Shown here in pieces: positions 12,250 to 23,385 of a stretch of 64,000 nt of DNA. The DNA comes from Neoechinorhynchus agilis. Taxonomy: Eukaryota; Animalia; Acanthocephala. The notes below the pieces were generated by a model. That model was not told the DNA's origin, searched no databases, and saw nothing but the letters and a program-made list of their open reading frames with translations. The DNA is taken from NCBI GenBank assembly GCA_051530055.1, contig CM121342.1:14585480-14649479 (forward strand), in the 5' to 3' direction. The stretch's first letter is position 1; each line of letters starts with the position of its first letter. The position numbers and the translations under genes are program-made.

Positions 12250-13865
12250 AATTCGTCTACACATTTGGTGATTGAAATGTTATAGATTTTTAAAGAAATT
12301 TAACATGAATATTGCAATATTTTTGCTAAGAACCGTCAACCGAAATTTCCGAAGTTGAAAAAAACTTGCAAACAATCGCTGAAGAAGATCCGAGATAGTG
12401 GATCGAAATATCCAATAAAATCTTAATTTCATTTATCTCTCCTATCAACAAATAACAATGAATTATCTTTTCAACAAAACGCTTCTAAGTATTTGCCGTT
12501 TTAAAATAAGATGGATTGTGAATTTAAAAAGCGAAACATTTCATAAAAATGTTATGGTTTTTTAAAGAAATTTAACATGAATATTACAATATTTTTGCTA
12601 AGAAACGAAGGGGTTAAATTTCCAAACACACAATACAGACGCTTCTGAGTATTTGCCGGTTTAAAATAAAACGGATTGTGAATTTAAAAAAGCGAGACAT
12701 TTGGTGATCAAAATTTTATAGTTTTAAAGAAATTTAACATGAATATTACAATATTTTTGCTAAGAACTATCGACCAAAATTTCCAAATAAACAATATAGA
12801 CGCTTCTGAGTATTTGTCGGTTTAAAATAAGATGAATTGTGAATTTAAAAAGCGAAACATTTGGTGATGAAAATGTTATAGTTTTTTTAAAGACATTTAA
12901 CATGAATATTCCAATATTTTGGCTAAGAAACGCAGGGCTAAATTTCCAAATAAGCAATGCAGGCGCTTCTGAGTATTTGTCAGTTTAAGATAAGACGGAT
13001 TTTGAATTTGAAATGCGAAACATTTGGTGATCAAAGTGTTGTAGATTTTTTAAAGAAATTTAACATGAACATTGCAATAATTTTGCTAAGAACCCTGGAC
13101 CAAAATTTTTAAGTAAACAATGTAGACGTTTCTGAGTATTTGTCGGTTTAAAATAAGACGGATTGTGAATTAAAAAAGCGAAACATTTGGTGATCAAAAT
13201 ATTAGTTTTTTTAAAGAAATTTAACATGAACATTGCAATATTTTTGCTAAGAACCGCCGGGCTAAATTTCCAAATGAACAATATAGACGCTTGTAAGTAT
13301 TTGTCGGTTTAAAATAAGATGAATTGTGAATTTAAAAAGTGAAACATTTGATAATAAAAATGTTATAGTTTTTTTAAGAAATTTAAAATGAATATTACAA
13401 TATTTTTGCTAAGAAACGCCGGGCTAAATTTCCAAATAAGCAATGCAGGCGCTTCTGAGTATTTGTCGGTTTAAAATAAGATGGATTGTGAATTTAAAAA
13501 GCGAAACATTTCATGATAAAAATGTTACAATTTTTTAAAGAAATTTAACATGAATATTGCAATATTTTTCATAAGAACTGTCCACCAAAGTTTCCAAATA
13601 CACAATACAGACGCTTCCGAGTATTTGCCGGTTTAAAATAAAACAGATTGTGAATTTAAAAAAGCGAAACATTTGGTGATCAAAATGTTATAGTGTTTTT
13701 AAGAAATTTAAAATGAATATTACAATATTTTTGCTAAGAAACGCCGGGCAAAATTTCCAAATGAACAATATAGACGCTTGTAAGTATTTGTCGGTTTAAA
13801 ATAAGATGAATTGTGAATTTAAAAAGCGAAACATTTGGTGATCAATATGTTATAGTTTTTTAACG
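12250..13865. repeat. Tandem satellite, about 162-bp AT-rich unit, about 9 copies
   Basis: AAGAAATTTAACATGAATATT recurs near 12295, 12567, 12727, 12890, 13053, 13213, 13377, 13538 and 13701. Confidence 0.95.
12374..12417 (+). ncRNA. Minimal hammerhead ribozyme (PLE terminal module inserted in the first satellite monomer)
   Basis: CTGAAGA-A-GATCC gagatagt GGATC-GAAA-TAT-C. Shares the upstream GTTGAAAAAAACTTGCAAACAATC with the 1815 copy. Stem I has one mismatch. Confidence 0.7.
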
Positions 13866-13941
13866 AACCTCTGGCAGCACCACACAACCAAGCTAACTGG
13901 AAAGTTTCATTTTCCTTTTAAGAATTCTTCGATCGAAACAA

Positions 13942-15725
13942 TTATTGCATCGCGCCTTGTCCCCCTGGTCCTTCTTTTTTACCAAGCGAAACACCAGCTC
14001 GAAGTATTTCGTCCACCAAAAGAAGACTTGATGCAATGGCTAATGAAGCGAGTACGCTATTCTTCTTAACAGAATACCCATCAACAATCCCAAGTTCCAA
14101 TGGATCTATAGGTTGTCCCGTCTTTATATCAACGCCCATGGGAGTTCCAACATTCTTGGAGGCCTCTTCCAAAGCCAAAATGGTCTCCATTCGCTCAAAT
14201 CCAGAGTTGGCGATTATTACTTTCGGGACAATGAGAACGGCGTCTGCGATTGCTTGGGCGGCTGCACGACTGCTTCCGTGTAGATGACTCCTAAACTCCA
14301 AGAGTTTTGCACTAAGGGCCACTTCAAATGCGCCTGCACCGGGAAAAACGCATTTATCCTGTAAGAGATTTTGAGCGGCCTTTGTGCCATCCCGCACGGC
14401 ATCCTTGACCCTTTGAACAATATACTTTTGGGCTCCTTTGATAAGAATCGTAGCCGACTTTGGACTTTCACATTGCTCAACGAAAGTGAATTTGTCGTCG
14501 CCAATGACATGTTCGTAGACAAGACCTGCGAATCCAAGGCATTCTTCATTTAAAGCTAAATTGGTCGAAACGAGCTTAAAAAATTATAAGAGCTATTTGG
14601 ACACAATTTTTTTCTGTTGAGATAAGCACTCGGTATTTTCATAAAAAAAGACGGGTAAAGATTCTCCACTCATTTCGACATTTAGCCCAAGTCCTCGATA
14701 TCGTTAATAGCTTCACCTCCGCACACCTTCACCAACCGCTCCATATTTCTCTTTTTCGCTCGTCTGAGAGCCATGATTCCATCTTTCGCGAACAAATCCA
14801 ACGAAAATGGATCGATTCCACGTTGTGTGACGACCACAAATCCGTAATCCTTTCGCTTTCCGACGCATAGGGTTCGTTTAAGTTCTACGATTTTCTCAAC
14901 ACGAGCCAAAATATGATGCCTCTCTGAAGATACGAGCTTTTCTCGGTCTTCAGCGCTCTTGTAGAAGAATTCTGCATTGACTTCGGTCTTCTCAAATTCA
15001 AAGGAAATATTACAAGTAAGAATAAAAGCATTTTTAGTTCTATGTGGCATGTCAGGATGACGAGTTCCATGGTCAAGGACGAGACCACGGACCAATCGGG
15101 TGTTCATTTCACCTTCATGGGGCATTTCGAGCACTTCAATCATTTTTAGGTCGCATGAGTCTTTATCACGGACAATATTGATCGCATCCACTATAATTTG
15201 TGCCAAATGTTCGGCTAGTTTAGCATTTAGTTTTGTACCAACGGCTGTACGGACGACTTGTTCCAACATTCTTGGCATGTCTGTCGAAGAAACAGGTACT
15301 TTAAGCTCATCAATCGCTCGCTCGAGCACTTGGTTTCGCACATCAGCCAATCCATTGTGAAATCCTCTAACGTTCACGCCTTCTAACAAATACATGTCCG
15401 CTTGTCTCATGAGTTCCCCAATCATTAGCACAATCGATGTTGTCCCATCGCCCATTGTACTTTCTTGAGCGCTTGCAGCTCTCGCAACGAGACTTGCTGT
15501 TGGGTGCTGGATCTGCATTTCTCCTAGTAAAACCGAGCCGTCTTTGGTTATTTTGATATCACCTGCAGCTGAAATCAACATCTTTGCAGTCCCAGATGGT
15601 CCGAATCCAGGGCGCATTATTTCCATAAGACCTCGACAAGCCGAGACATTGATTGAAAGCGCCTCACTTCCACGGGCGTACTCTGCCTTGGGATTGAGCG
15701 ATGTAATACCAGCCGTCAGAACCAT
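13942..15725 (-). CDS. CCT6: T-complex protein 1 subunit zeta (CCT6), two exons (15725-14687, 14555-13942), about 550 aa
   Basis: LNPKAE.AR, GPSGTAKML, TKDGSVLL, GDGTTS, VRGLVLDHGTRHPDM, KDAVRDG, GAGAFEVA, LLVDEILRAG. The intron donor is non-canonical (see finding). Confidence 0.95.
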
Positions 15726-15767
15726 CTTTCTACAGAATGAGAGGGAGAAGCGATAGAAGCGTTAAAG

Positions 15768-16560
15768 ATGAGACCGCACACGGAAGAACACAACGTTAAT
15801 GACGTCAGAGGATACTGTTTCATGATTTTATTCTGGATGGCCAATATCACGTATGAACGCAGAAACAAGACTTTAACTACTTTATTTATTTACAACGATT
15901 CGGGCAGACTCGGGTATCCTCTACATTTGGTACAAAGATGCCTTGAAGGAGTGAGACGCAGCCACGGGAATGTTTCTAATGCGAAGAAAGAGAAGATTTT
16001 CCTAGAGGTCCCCTTCCACGACGAATCCTTGTTCAGGAAGATGCAGAGGACACTACAAACAGGTATTAGCAGTACCCTGGTAGATGTGTATTGTCGGAAG
16101 GGACGTAATTTACACACTGCTTTGTCCCAACAAAAAGGCGAGCCTCAATCTGGATCAGTATATAAGATCCCATGTAGTGAATGTAATCAGGTCTACATCG
16201 AACAAACGAACGATCTAAATAGGAGAATTCAAGAGCACAGGCGATCGATAAATAGAAAAAATGACTTGAGTTCTGCAGTGGTCTCACACGTTGTGAATAC
16301 TGGACATCATATCGATTTTGATAACACACAAGTGTTATTACGAAGTCACGATCGATTCAGTCGTGTGGTCATGGAAGCTGTGTATATCCAGTCGTCATCC
16401 ATTTTTGATGGAAACAAGCCGGATTACAGATTGAAGCTTCGGATTCCACCCGATATGATCAACGTGTGATAGTTTTTGACATTTCCTGCCTCTCTTTTTT
16501 AGAATTGCCGAAGAAGATCCTAGTTTGGATCGAAATATTCAATTCAATAAATTAATTCTT
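15768..16560 (+). mobile_element. Penelope-like element 3' part: GIY-YIG endonuclease ORF plus terminal hammerhead
   Basis: ORF 15768-16469 with GYP, GSVYKIPCSECNQVYIEQT, RRIQEHRR, SAVVSHV..TGH and R.VMEAVYI. HHR follows the stop codon. Confidence 0.9.
16503..16544 (+). ncRNA. Minimal hammerhead ribozyme at the PLE 3' end (U4C core variant)
   Basis: AATTG-CCGAAGA-A-GATCC tagttt GGATC-GAAA-TAT-T-CAATT. Confidence 0.7.
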
Positions 16561-16589
16561 TCTTCAAATTCCCATATCTCAAACATTAC

Positions 16590-16915
16590 AATTTATTCCT
16601 GTGAACTTTTTGACGCTGCCAGTATACTGGCAGCGTTCCCTCGCTGTATCGCAATTCGTTGAGCGAGGAAATTTCTAGAGCGCGGTTCCCCCGTCATTCT
16701 TTTCGTCCCAATTCGTCGAGGAAAGTGAGCGCTGACGGTCCCAAGGCTCCATACGTTTCCACGGCAAAAAGGACGAAATGGTAATTGCTTAGGAGCTCTC
16801 TATATTTTGAACGCTTTCGTTCCTCAGCTACGACCGCTGAACCTCCAGGGCTCTTTTTTGACAATCGAAAATTACTGGGGGCAAGCGTGTCCACGCAAGT
16901 CGCCGGTCTGTGAAA
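16590..16915 (-). mobile_element. CRE-like non-LTR retrotransposon extreme 3' fragment
   Basis: ATCVDTLAPS, AEERKRSKY, FAVETYGALG, IQRGNAASIL. Confidence 0.8.
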
Positions 16916-18224
16916 TGTTAAAACATCGATGAAAGACGCCACAATACGCAGGGGAGTAAGAGCGGACATACGGTCCCCGAACCTTGAGAATGGCGTCCCC
17001 CCCGGCGTAACCAAGCCATACTATACAATTAAGATTTTCTCGCGAAATATTACATTTCAATATGTTTTGTACGGGATTATGATCGCCAAATTTTCAACTC
17101 AATCATACGGAAGGATTTTCTCCTGGGAATTGACAAGCAGTATCATGATAACTGCAAAAGAGTAATTTTCCACTCTTGAAAAATGAGATTAAGGTTATGA
17201 AGCTAAAACAAGGCATAAAATTCATAAAAGTGTGCAGAGACGAATAATTAATCTCTAATTGTGCCATAATCACAGCCGGAAAGGTTGTTAAAATGAGAGA
17301 TTAAATTTAGGTGTCTTTTACGGACTTAAATTGATAAACATTAACATTTTGTTCGTTTTTGAAAGCTCGGAGTAAATGAAATTTATATAACACGTTGGAT
17401 CATTCATACCACCGCTCTGGATCACTGAACTGCTGTCTTTGTGTAATGGTCGAAAGGACGGATACTTGTGGACATAAAAAAATGCATTTCGAATATGCAA
17501 AAAAAACGAAAATTAAGTAGCGAAATTCAGATCACCAGGTTTATAAGTTGTTAATCGATATCGATTCGAACTGAAGGAGATTATTTACTTAGCGGTGAAC
17601 GAAATTCAGGTTTGAAAGAAGGATTTCGCACACGTGACTGGTCCGAAAATTAGCATCTAATGAAATCGAAGATTGCGAAGGAGTATTCGCTGATTGCAAT
17701 TCGGAAGGAACATAACAATCACGGAAGCGAGTTTCGAATTTAAGCTGGAGGTGCAGCGAGTGCTGCGGAAGGACGGAAAACGGCGAAATACCTCGATTTA
17801 ACCCGGGCCCATGTGTTTGTGCCTTTTGGGGTTGAGCCTACGGATCTCTTGGTAACGAGGCTCTTAAACTCCTGAGGGATCTGATCTGACGCCATCAGGT
17901 TACAACCGGTGGTTGAAAATATCAGCATCTCCGTGTTGAGAGGCAACACTGCAAGCATTCGGGCGACAATTGAGGACGGCTAGGCATATAACAGTTTGTG
18001 AGCGAGCGCTAAAATTAATACTTTGGTCCTTTTCAAAAAAAAGTACGAGTGTTTTTTATTTGTGTTTGAAGATTGAATTGTTCATGTCCTTTTGTACGGC
18101 AAAAAAATTGAAGGAGTTTATTACGAAGCATACTAATTACACGTTTTATTGTTTGTGTTTAAGAAATTGGACCCATGTACCTTTGGATTCTCATAAGTAC
18201 GCGGTTGTTGGTTTTTGAGTAGAC

Positions 18225-18560
18225 GATGGGTTCGGCCGGGTAAGAATATCCGGTCGGAGATGCCCGTTAGGGTGGGCAAATCCGGTCAGCTGATGTCCGT
18301 TCTGGTGGAAATATCCTGTCGGGGGATGTCCTTTCAGTGATGATTGACGGATATTGTTTGCAGGATAGTTTTCAGGTTGGGTCTTTCCTCAGGTTCATTT
18401 CGGGTTATTATATACGAGGAGATTAGGCAGCATTCAAAAAAGAGCGTAGGTAGAGAGGTGCGAGGTTGAGGGAGGATGAAACGGATTAGGATTACGAGTG
18501 TTGTGCTCGTGTGAGGGGGGGGGACGAAATCACACTGTTCTGAGATTAAGTTATCATCAC
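18225..18560 (-). mobile_element. CR1/L2-like LINE 3' end fragment (related copies at 21270-21440 plus and 22975-23375 minus)
   Basis: Shared GGTCTTTCCTCAGGTTCATTTC block. Minus strand gives an HEHNTRN...P...RT C-terminal-type motif. Confidence 0.65.
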
Positions 18561-18616
18561 TGAGGCGTATTTTTTGCTTCTTAGGGTGAAATAGGGAAGA
18601 CGGTGTCAAGTTCGAT

Positions 18617-19534
18617 TTATTTGCACAAAACAAGAGTTGCATAATGTTCAGCGAGAAACTCATAGGCCATTATACGCTTCTCTAAAACCAAGTTTCTGAA
18701 CTTTTTACTGATTTCTTCGAATCGTATCATGCATGCTTCGTCACATTTCATCCAAAAATCGAGAAATTCCTTGAATATAAGAGCATAAATTCTCCAATAG
18801 ACCGTAATTGCGTGATCGCGATTAGTGAGATCATCGATACCGTATAAGACTCGCTTTAGGTATCCATTAGAAAGAAGCAGATACTGCCAATAACAAACGT
18901 TGATGGCTAAAATACCAAAACTAAGGAACTTTCTATTGTCACTGAGTTTATCCAACGCATCCATAAACAATTCGCTGAACATTGTTTTGAATTTGACGAT
19001 GGAGTGAAGTCCGAGCATCCCCATTGACCTTAAGTCCGTATATGGATCGGATCCTTGGAACCCAATCGATACCCAATGTTCACTTTTTTCACAAAATTCA
19101 GAATCAATCCCTGCTTGCCTCTGAACAATCGGCCATAACTCTTTAAGGACGTCCAGGTCATATTGAGCATTACGAAAAGATTCCATAGAATCAACCAGTT
19201 TATCGTAGCCTGTAAGTATGTTCATCAACTCCTCGACGCCGTCTCGATTTTCATTTTCCAACCTCAAGTCAATGTTCGGTTCATGTTGTGAGCCCAAAAA
19301 TTCATCGAATTGAACAGCACACTGAGCTCGGCAAACCGGATCTGCATTTTGCTCGCAAAAGTTTTTACATATAAGAAAGGGATCTATTGATTTCGATGAC
19401 GTACGTCTTCCCTTCCGGAGGTATAAGTAAACGAACGTTCCTGAAAAAATCGCCAAAAGTGATATTATCAAAGCGCGCCTGTCCATTTCAAAAATAAAGG
19501 ACAATGTTCTTTTCAGTTTTGAACTCGATGACAT
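18617..19534 (-). CDS. ELMO/CED-12 domain protein (ELMOD1/2-like) with an N-terminal hydrophobic segment
   Basis: Intact 305-aa ORF with WVSIGFQGSDPYTDLRSMGMLGL. Confidence 0.88.
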   Translation of the reverse strand: MSSSSKLKRTLSFIFEMDRRALIISLLAIFSGTFVYLYLRKGRRTSSKSIDPFLICKNFCEQNADPVCRAQCAVQFDEFLGSQHEPNIDLRLENENRDGVEELMNILTGYDKLVDSMESFRNAQYDLDVLKELWPIVQRQAGIDSEFCEKSEHWVSIGFQGSDPYTDLRSMGMLGLHSIVKFKTMFSELFMDALDKLSDNRKFLSFGILAINVCYWQYLLLSNGYLKRVLYGIDDLTNRDHAITVYWRIYALIFKEFLDFWMKCDEACMIRFEEISKKFRNLVLEKRIMAYEFLAEHYATLVLCK

Positions 19535-19911
19535 GAAATGCTTGTTTACTGTCTTTGATGCGATTCTTTCATTCTGTCATGTGAGTGTTCATTCCTTTAA
19601 AGCGAGAAGTTTTCTTTAAAAGATTCAAAAAAGGGGTTTTAACAACGAAGTAGTCAGGTGATTCTACGTGGTCAAAAATACACACCGGGAAAGGAAATTC
19701 CAAAACGTACGACCGGCAAACGCGAAAACCAACTCGACTTCCACCTGAAGGCTGATGAAAACAAGTAAGAAAATTCTGAAGTTGACATGCAGCAATGACA
19801 AATGAGATAGGCAAGAATCTAATAGCTATGACGGTGTACTTTTGCCAACATTGAAAAAGAGAAGAAATTGCTTTTCTTTCAAACTTATTCGTTTATCAGA
19901 TGGTTGTGGAC

Positions 19912-20101
19912 GTAATCCCGGTTAAAGATTATTTTATTATTATGAAATATTTCGAAGGAGGAAACTTCGCATCATGCGGGTCATTGTTTAAGTGTCTTGT
20001 TCGCATTCAAGTGCGAATAAAACACCTTAACATTGACTGATGAGGCGAGGTTTCCTCTTTCGAAATATTTCATAATAAAAGAATCGTCAACCTGGATTAT
20101 G
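19912..20101. repeat. Decayed palindrome of two head-to-head PLE terminal (HHR) modules
   Basis: The right arm has CTGATGAG...CGAAATATT. The left arm is a diverged reverse complement. The tail resembles the region after the 29329 HHR. Confidence 0.65.
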
Positions 20102-20169
20102 TTCACAAACATCCAATATTTACCATCCTGAATGATCTTCTTGATATAATTACAACAACATTTTAAATC

Positions 20170-21260
20170 TTTCTATCGTTTGAGAGGTCGTTCATTTCAG
20201 CATTGTCGGCTTTCGCCTTTGTTCTCCATTCCCAGCGTCTTGAAATCTCCGCTCACACTGTCCTCCCACCTCTTCTTGGGCCTTATCCTCGAGCTCGATT
20301 CTCCATGCGAGGCGTCTTCATCTGCTTGTGTCGCCTGCAGGTACCATCGCATCCGCCTTTTAGCGATTGCCTCCTCGATCGACTCGACAGCAAACAGCTT
20401 TCGTTGAACTCTTTGTCCGATATCTGGTGCGAGTTCACATTGCATGTTAAATAGGCTGCCCAAATATTTGAAGGTGTTTATCTTTTCGATCTGAGTTCCG
20501 TGTATATCGATGTTAACCAGCTCCATGTATTTCATTTTGCACCTGTTCACTCTCAATCCTTTGCTCTCTAATCGCTGTCGCCAACTCTCCAGCAAATTCC
20601 TCTAGCTGTGAGCATTAAATCGTATGCGAATAGTATCGTCCATGGAGCTTCCGCATTTCCTAGGACGTCTATCACGATCGTGAACAAGAATAGGCTCAGG
20701 GCCGAACCCTGTTGCAGACCCACGGAGACTCGGAAATAGTCGGTGGTTCCGCTGTGGCATCGCGCGTAGGTGTAGCATTCTCGATACATCGCTTGGATCG
20801 CGGCGACGTAGTGTTCGGGGCAATTCCTTTTCCTGAGGCATGCCCGCATCTGATCTCAAGGGACCGAGTCCTACGACCCTTCCAAATCGACGAACACAAT
20901 GTGCAACTAGCACGAATATTGCGTCGATTGTACTTCTGCCGGGCATGAATCCTCGTTGGTCCTCGATGATTCGGATTTCCTCTTAAATTCCGTGATCGAT
21001 CATTCGTTCCCACAGTTTCATTGTGTGAGACATGAGTTTGATGCCGCGGTAACTCCTACACTGCAAAACATCTCCTTCTTCTGAAAGAGCCTCGTGAGTA
21101 ACTTTATTCTGAAGACTCTCAGGGATTGCCACAGCTCGATCGGAATGTTATCTGTACCGACGCTCCTACAAGTCTTCATTTTCCTGAGCTGTGCAGCCAC
21201 CTCATCGTGCGAGTACGGCCCCGTCATATTGACATTCGGGTGTACGTCTTCGCCTTTAAA
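20170..21260 (-). mobile_element. RTE-clade LINE RT fragment, degenerate
   Basis: MPGRSTIDAIF, GLQQGSALSLFLFTIVID, LESWRQRLESKGLRVN, FKYLGS. Confidence 0.9.
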
Positions 21261-21269
21261 AAAATTTCA

Positions 21270-21440
21270 AAAGATCAATCAAAACGCTTCTCAACCCAAC
21301 CACCACAGTACAACAGCCGCCATCCCAGTTCTTTTCATCCTCCAGTGCCTCTACCTCCTCTCCTTTTTCCATACTAACCAATCTTCTCGGATATCATAAC
21401 TGGAAATGAACCTGAGGAAAGACCCAGCCTCATAAACTCT
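21270..21440 (+). mobile_element. CR1/L2-like LINE 3' fragment
   Basis: Reverse complement of the block shared with 18370-18530 and 23215-23360. Confidence 0.6.
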
Positions 21441-21712
21441 CCTAAAAAACAATAACCACCAACTTTAACATACGACCAGATCAGTAATCCACTCCAAAAT
21501 CAATACCCACATTAATTTAACCTCTTCAGAACTTGAGTGTTCGCGAGAACTTAAAGGTACATGGTTCCGCTACTTTGACTAAAGTAAATTGTGTTATTAT
21601 TATTCGCATAAATGTCTCTAAACGATTTCCAATTACGGCCGGCACCCTATTACGGCCCAGAAAGAGAATGTGACCGTCGATGTAATGGGCGCAGTTTGTG
21701 TGACTAGACACA

Positions 21713-22615
21713 ATGCTTTTTCATCCATCACACACCTCAGTCTTAAAAACTGTCATTAAAAGCCGTAGAAACCGCGTCTACGTCCCGCTTCGCTTTCATC
21801 CTCTCCACAAAGTGGTCAAACGATACGAAATGAGACGTCTTTATCTGATAGGATCTATAAACGCATTCGTTCATCTTTTTATTTCAACAATTCTGACTTC
21901 TTTGGTCATAGCTCAAATGTTCGCCACCAACGGTCAAGGCGTTCGATATGGTGTCTATCGATGTGAGAATTGCAACATCACTTATCCAGGCGTACGAAAT
22001 ACGTTCTCCGCTTTTCTTTTTTTCAATTTCCTCATATTCGGCATATCGATGTTTCATGCAGTTTTCAGCACTCTTGAAAAGTATTCAAAGTTTAAAAGTA
22101 ATTTCATCGATGTTGTCTATGATTACTGGCGGCTAATCCGTCTCATGGCCATACTCCTAATTTCCATCGCTTTTCTTCTTTCAATGGCGTTCATGATCGG
22201 CGTATATATTGCCGCATCTGATATGACTGGTCTCAAAGAAATCGATTCTATCGCAGCAACTCTACCACTTATTCTTCTCTTAATCTATGGGTCATATGCG
22301 CTCCTGATCTTTCTTTTATTAAAAACGAAGCGGATCATCAATGTCACAGAAAAACGATATTTTCAACCCTATAACCAACCAGCGATCAGTTCAGTGAAAA
22401 TAGAGACAAATCACGCTCAAAATGGCCATTTTGTTTCGGGCTCGATTCACGCTAAACCCGAAAGCGTCTATGATTTTGCATCCTACTCACCTTCATCCGT
22501 ATACTCAAACGGAGCGTCAGTGTCCATAATCGCCAATGGACAAACAAAACCACCGGATTCCATCTATAGCGATATGTCGAGGATCTCTCAGACTGCGGCA
22601 CAACAGTCGTTGTGA
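21713..22615 (+). CDS. Four-transmembrane protein of unknown family (probable start near 21830)
   Basis: Intact single-exon ORF with four hydrophobic segments, a Cys-containing first loop and a Ser-rich tail. Confidence 0.6.
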   Translation: MLFHPSHTSVLKTVIKSRRNRVYVPLRFHPLHKVVKRYEMRRLYLIGSINAFVHLFISTILTSLVIAQMFATNGQGVRYGVYRCENCNITYPGVRNTFSAFLFFNFLIFGISMFHAVFSTLEKYSKFKSNFIDVVYDYWRLIRLMAILLISIAFLLSMAFMIGVYIAASDMTGLKEIDSIAATLPLILLLIYGSYALLIFLLLKTKRIINVTEKRYFQPYNQPAISSVKIETNHAQNGHFVSGSIHAKPESVYDFASYSPSSVYSNGASVSIIANGQTKPPDSIYSDMSRISQTAAQQSL

Positions 22616-22974
22616 TTCAATCAAAGAAAAACGCTCTTTTTCCAACTTATGAAAGGGCACTTTTTAAAAAAAGAGGCACATTGGATTTCAAATGACGAAC
22701 AAAATGTAATCCTGGTAGATTTCTTTTATCTAAATAGTCCCTTCTCTGATTTTATCAATAAATTTCGGATAATGCACCGTCCCACTCTTTAATTTATCCG
22801 AATTATCTCAAAGTGTCATTATAACCCCCCTCAAAATAATAATTGATTCCTAATACGGCTCAGCTCGGTATTAGGTATATCAACTTTGAAATAAAAGGGT
22901 TTGCCGTACTAGTGAAAGATTTTCGGCAGTAAATGGAAAACGTGCCGTAATTGAAGAAGGCTGTTATAGCGAAA

Positions 22975-23375
22975 TAATAATAATAATAACACGTTTATTG
23001 TTGAAAATACAGAGAAGGAAATAGGAGGATTCATGTACCTTTGGGTCCTCACAAGCATTCAAGTTCATAATTGTTCAAAAAAGAAAAGCGTATCCGTGCC
23101 CATTCGGGTTGGAACTATCCAGTCGCGGGAGGTTCGTTGGAGTGAGAATGTGTCCTTTCGTTTGAGAATATCCGGTCGTGGGGGTTGGTGGTTATTATTT
23201 GCAGCAGCGCTTGTAAGATTGGTCTTTCCTCAGGTTCATTTCAAGTTCTGATATCCGAGAAGATGAGGCAGCATGGAAAAAAGAGCGTAGATATAGTGAG
23301 GTGCACGGTATAGGAGGGTGAAACGAATTAGGATTACGAGTGTTGCGCTCGTGTGAAAAGGGAGCTTTTTAAGCT
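22975..23375 (-). mobile_element. 5'-truncated CR1/L2-like LINE 3' end with AATAAA and (TTA)n tail
   Basis: (AAT)n run near 22975-22990 on plus. Homologous to 18225-18560. Confidence 0.65.
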
Positions 23376-23385
23376 GGGAGCGATA

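Noticed and set aside
13150-13215. GAAACATTT/AAATGTT hairpin in the 162-bp unit resembling HHR stem III
   Set aside because: The nearest core is CTGAGTA rather than CUGANGA, and stems I and II are absent.
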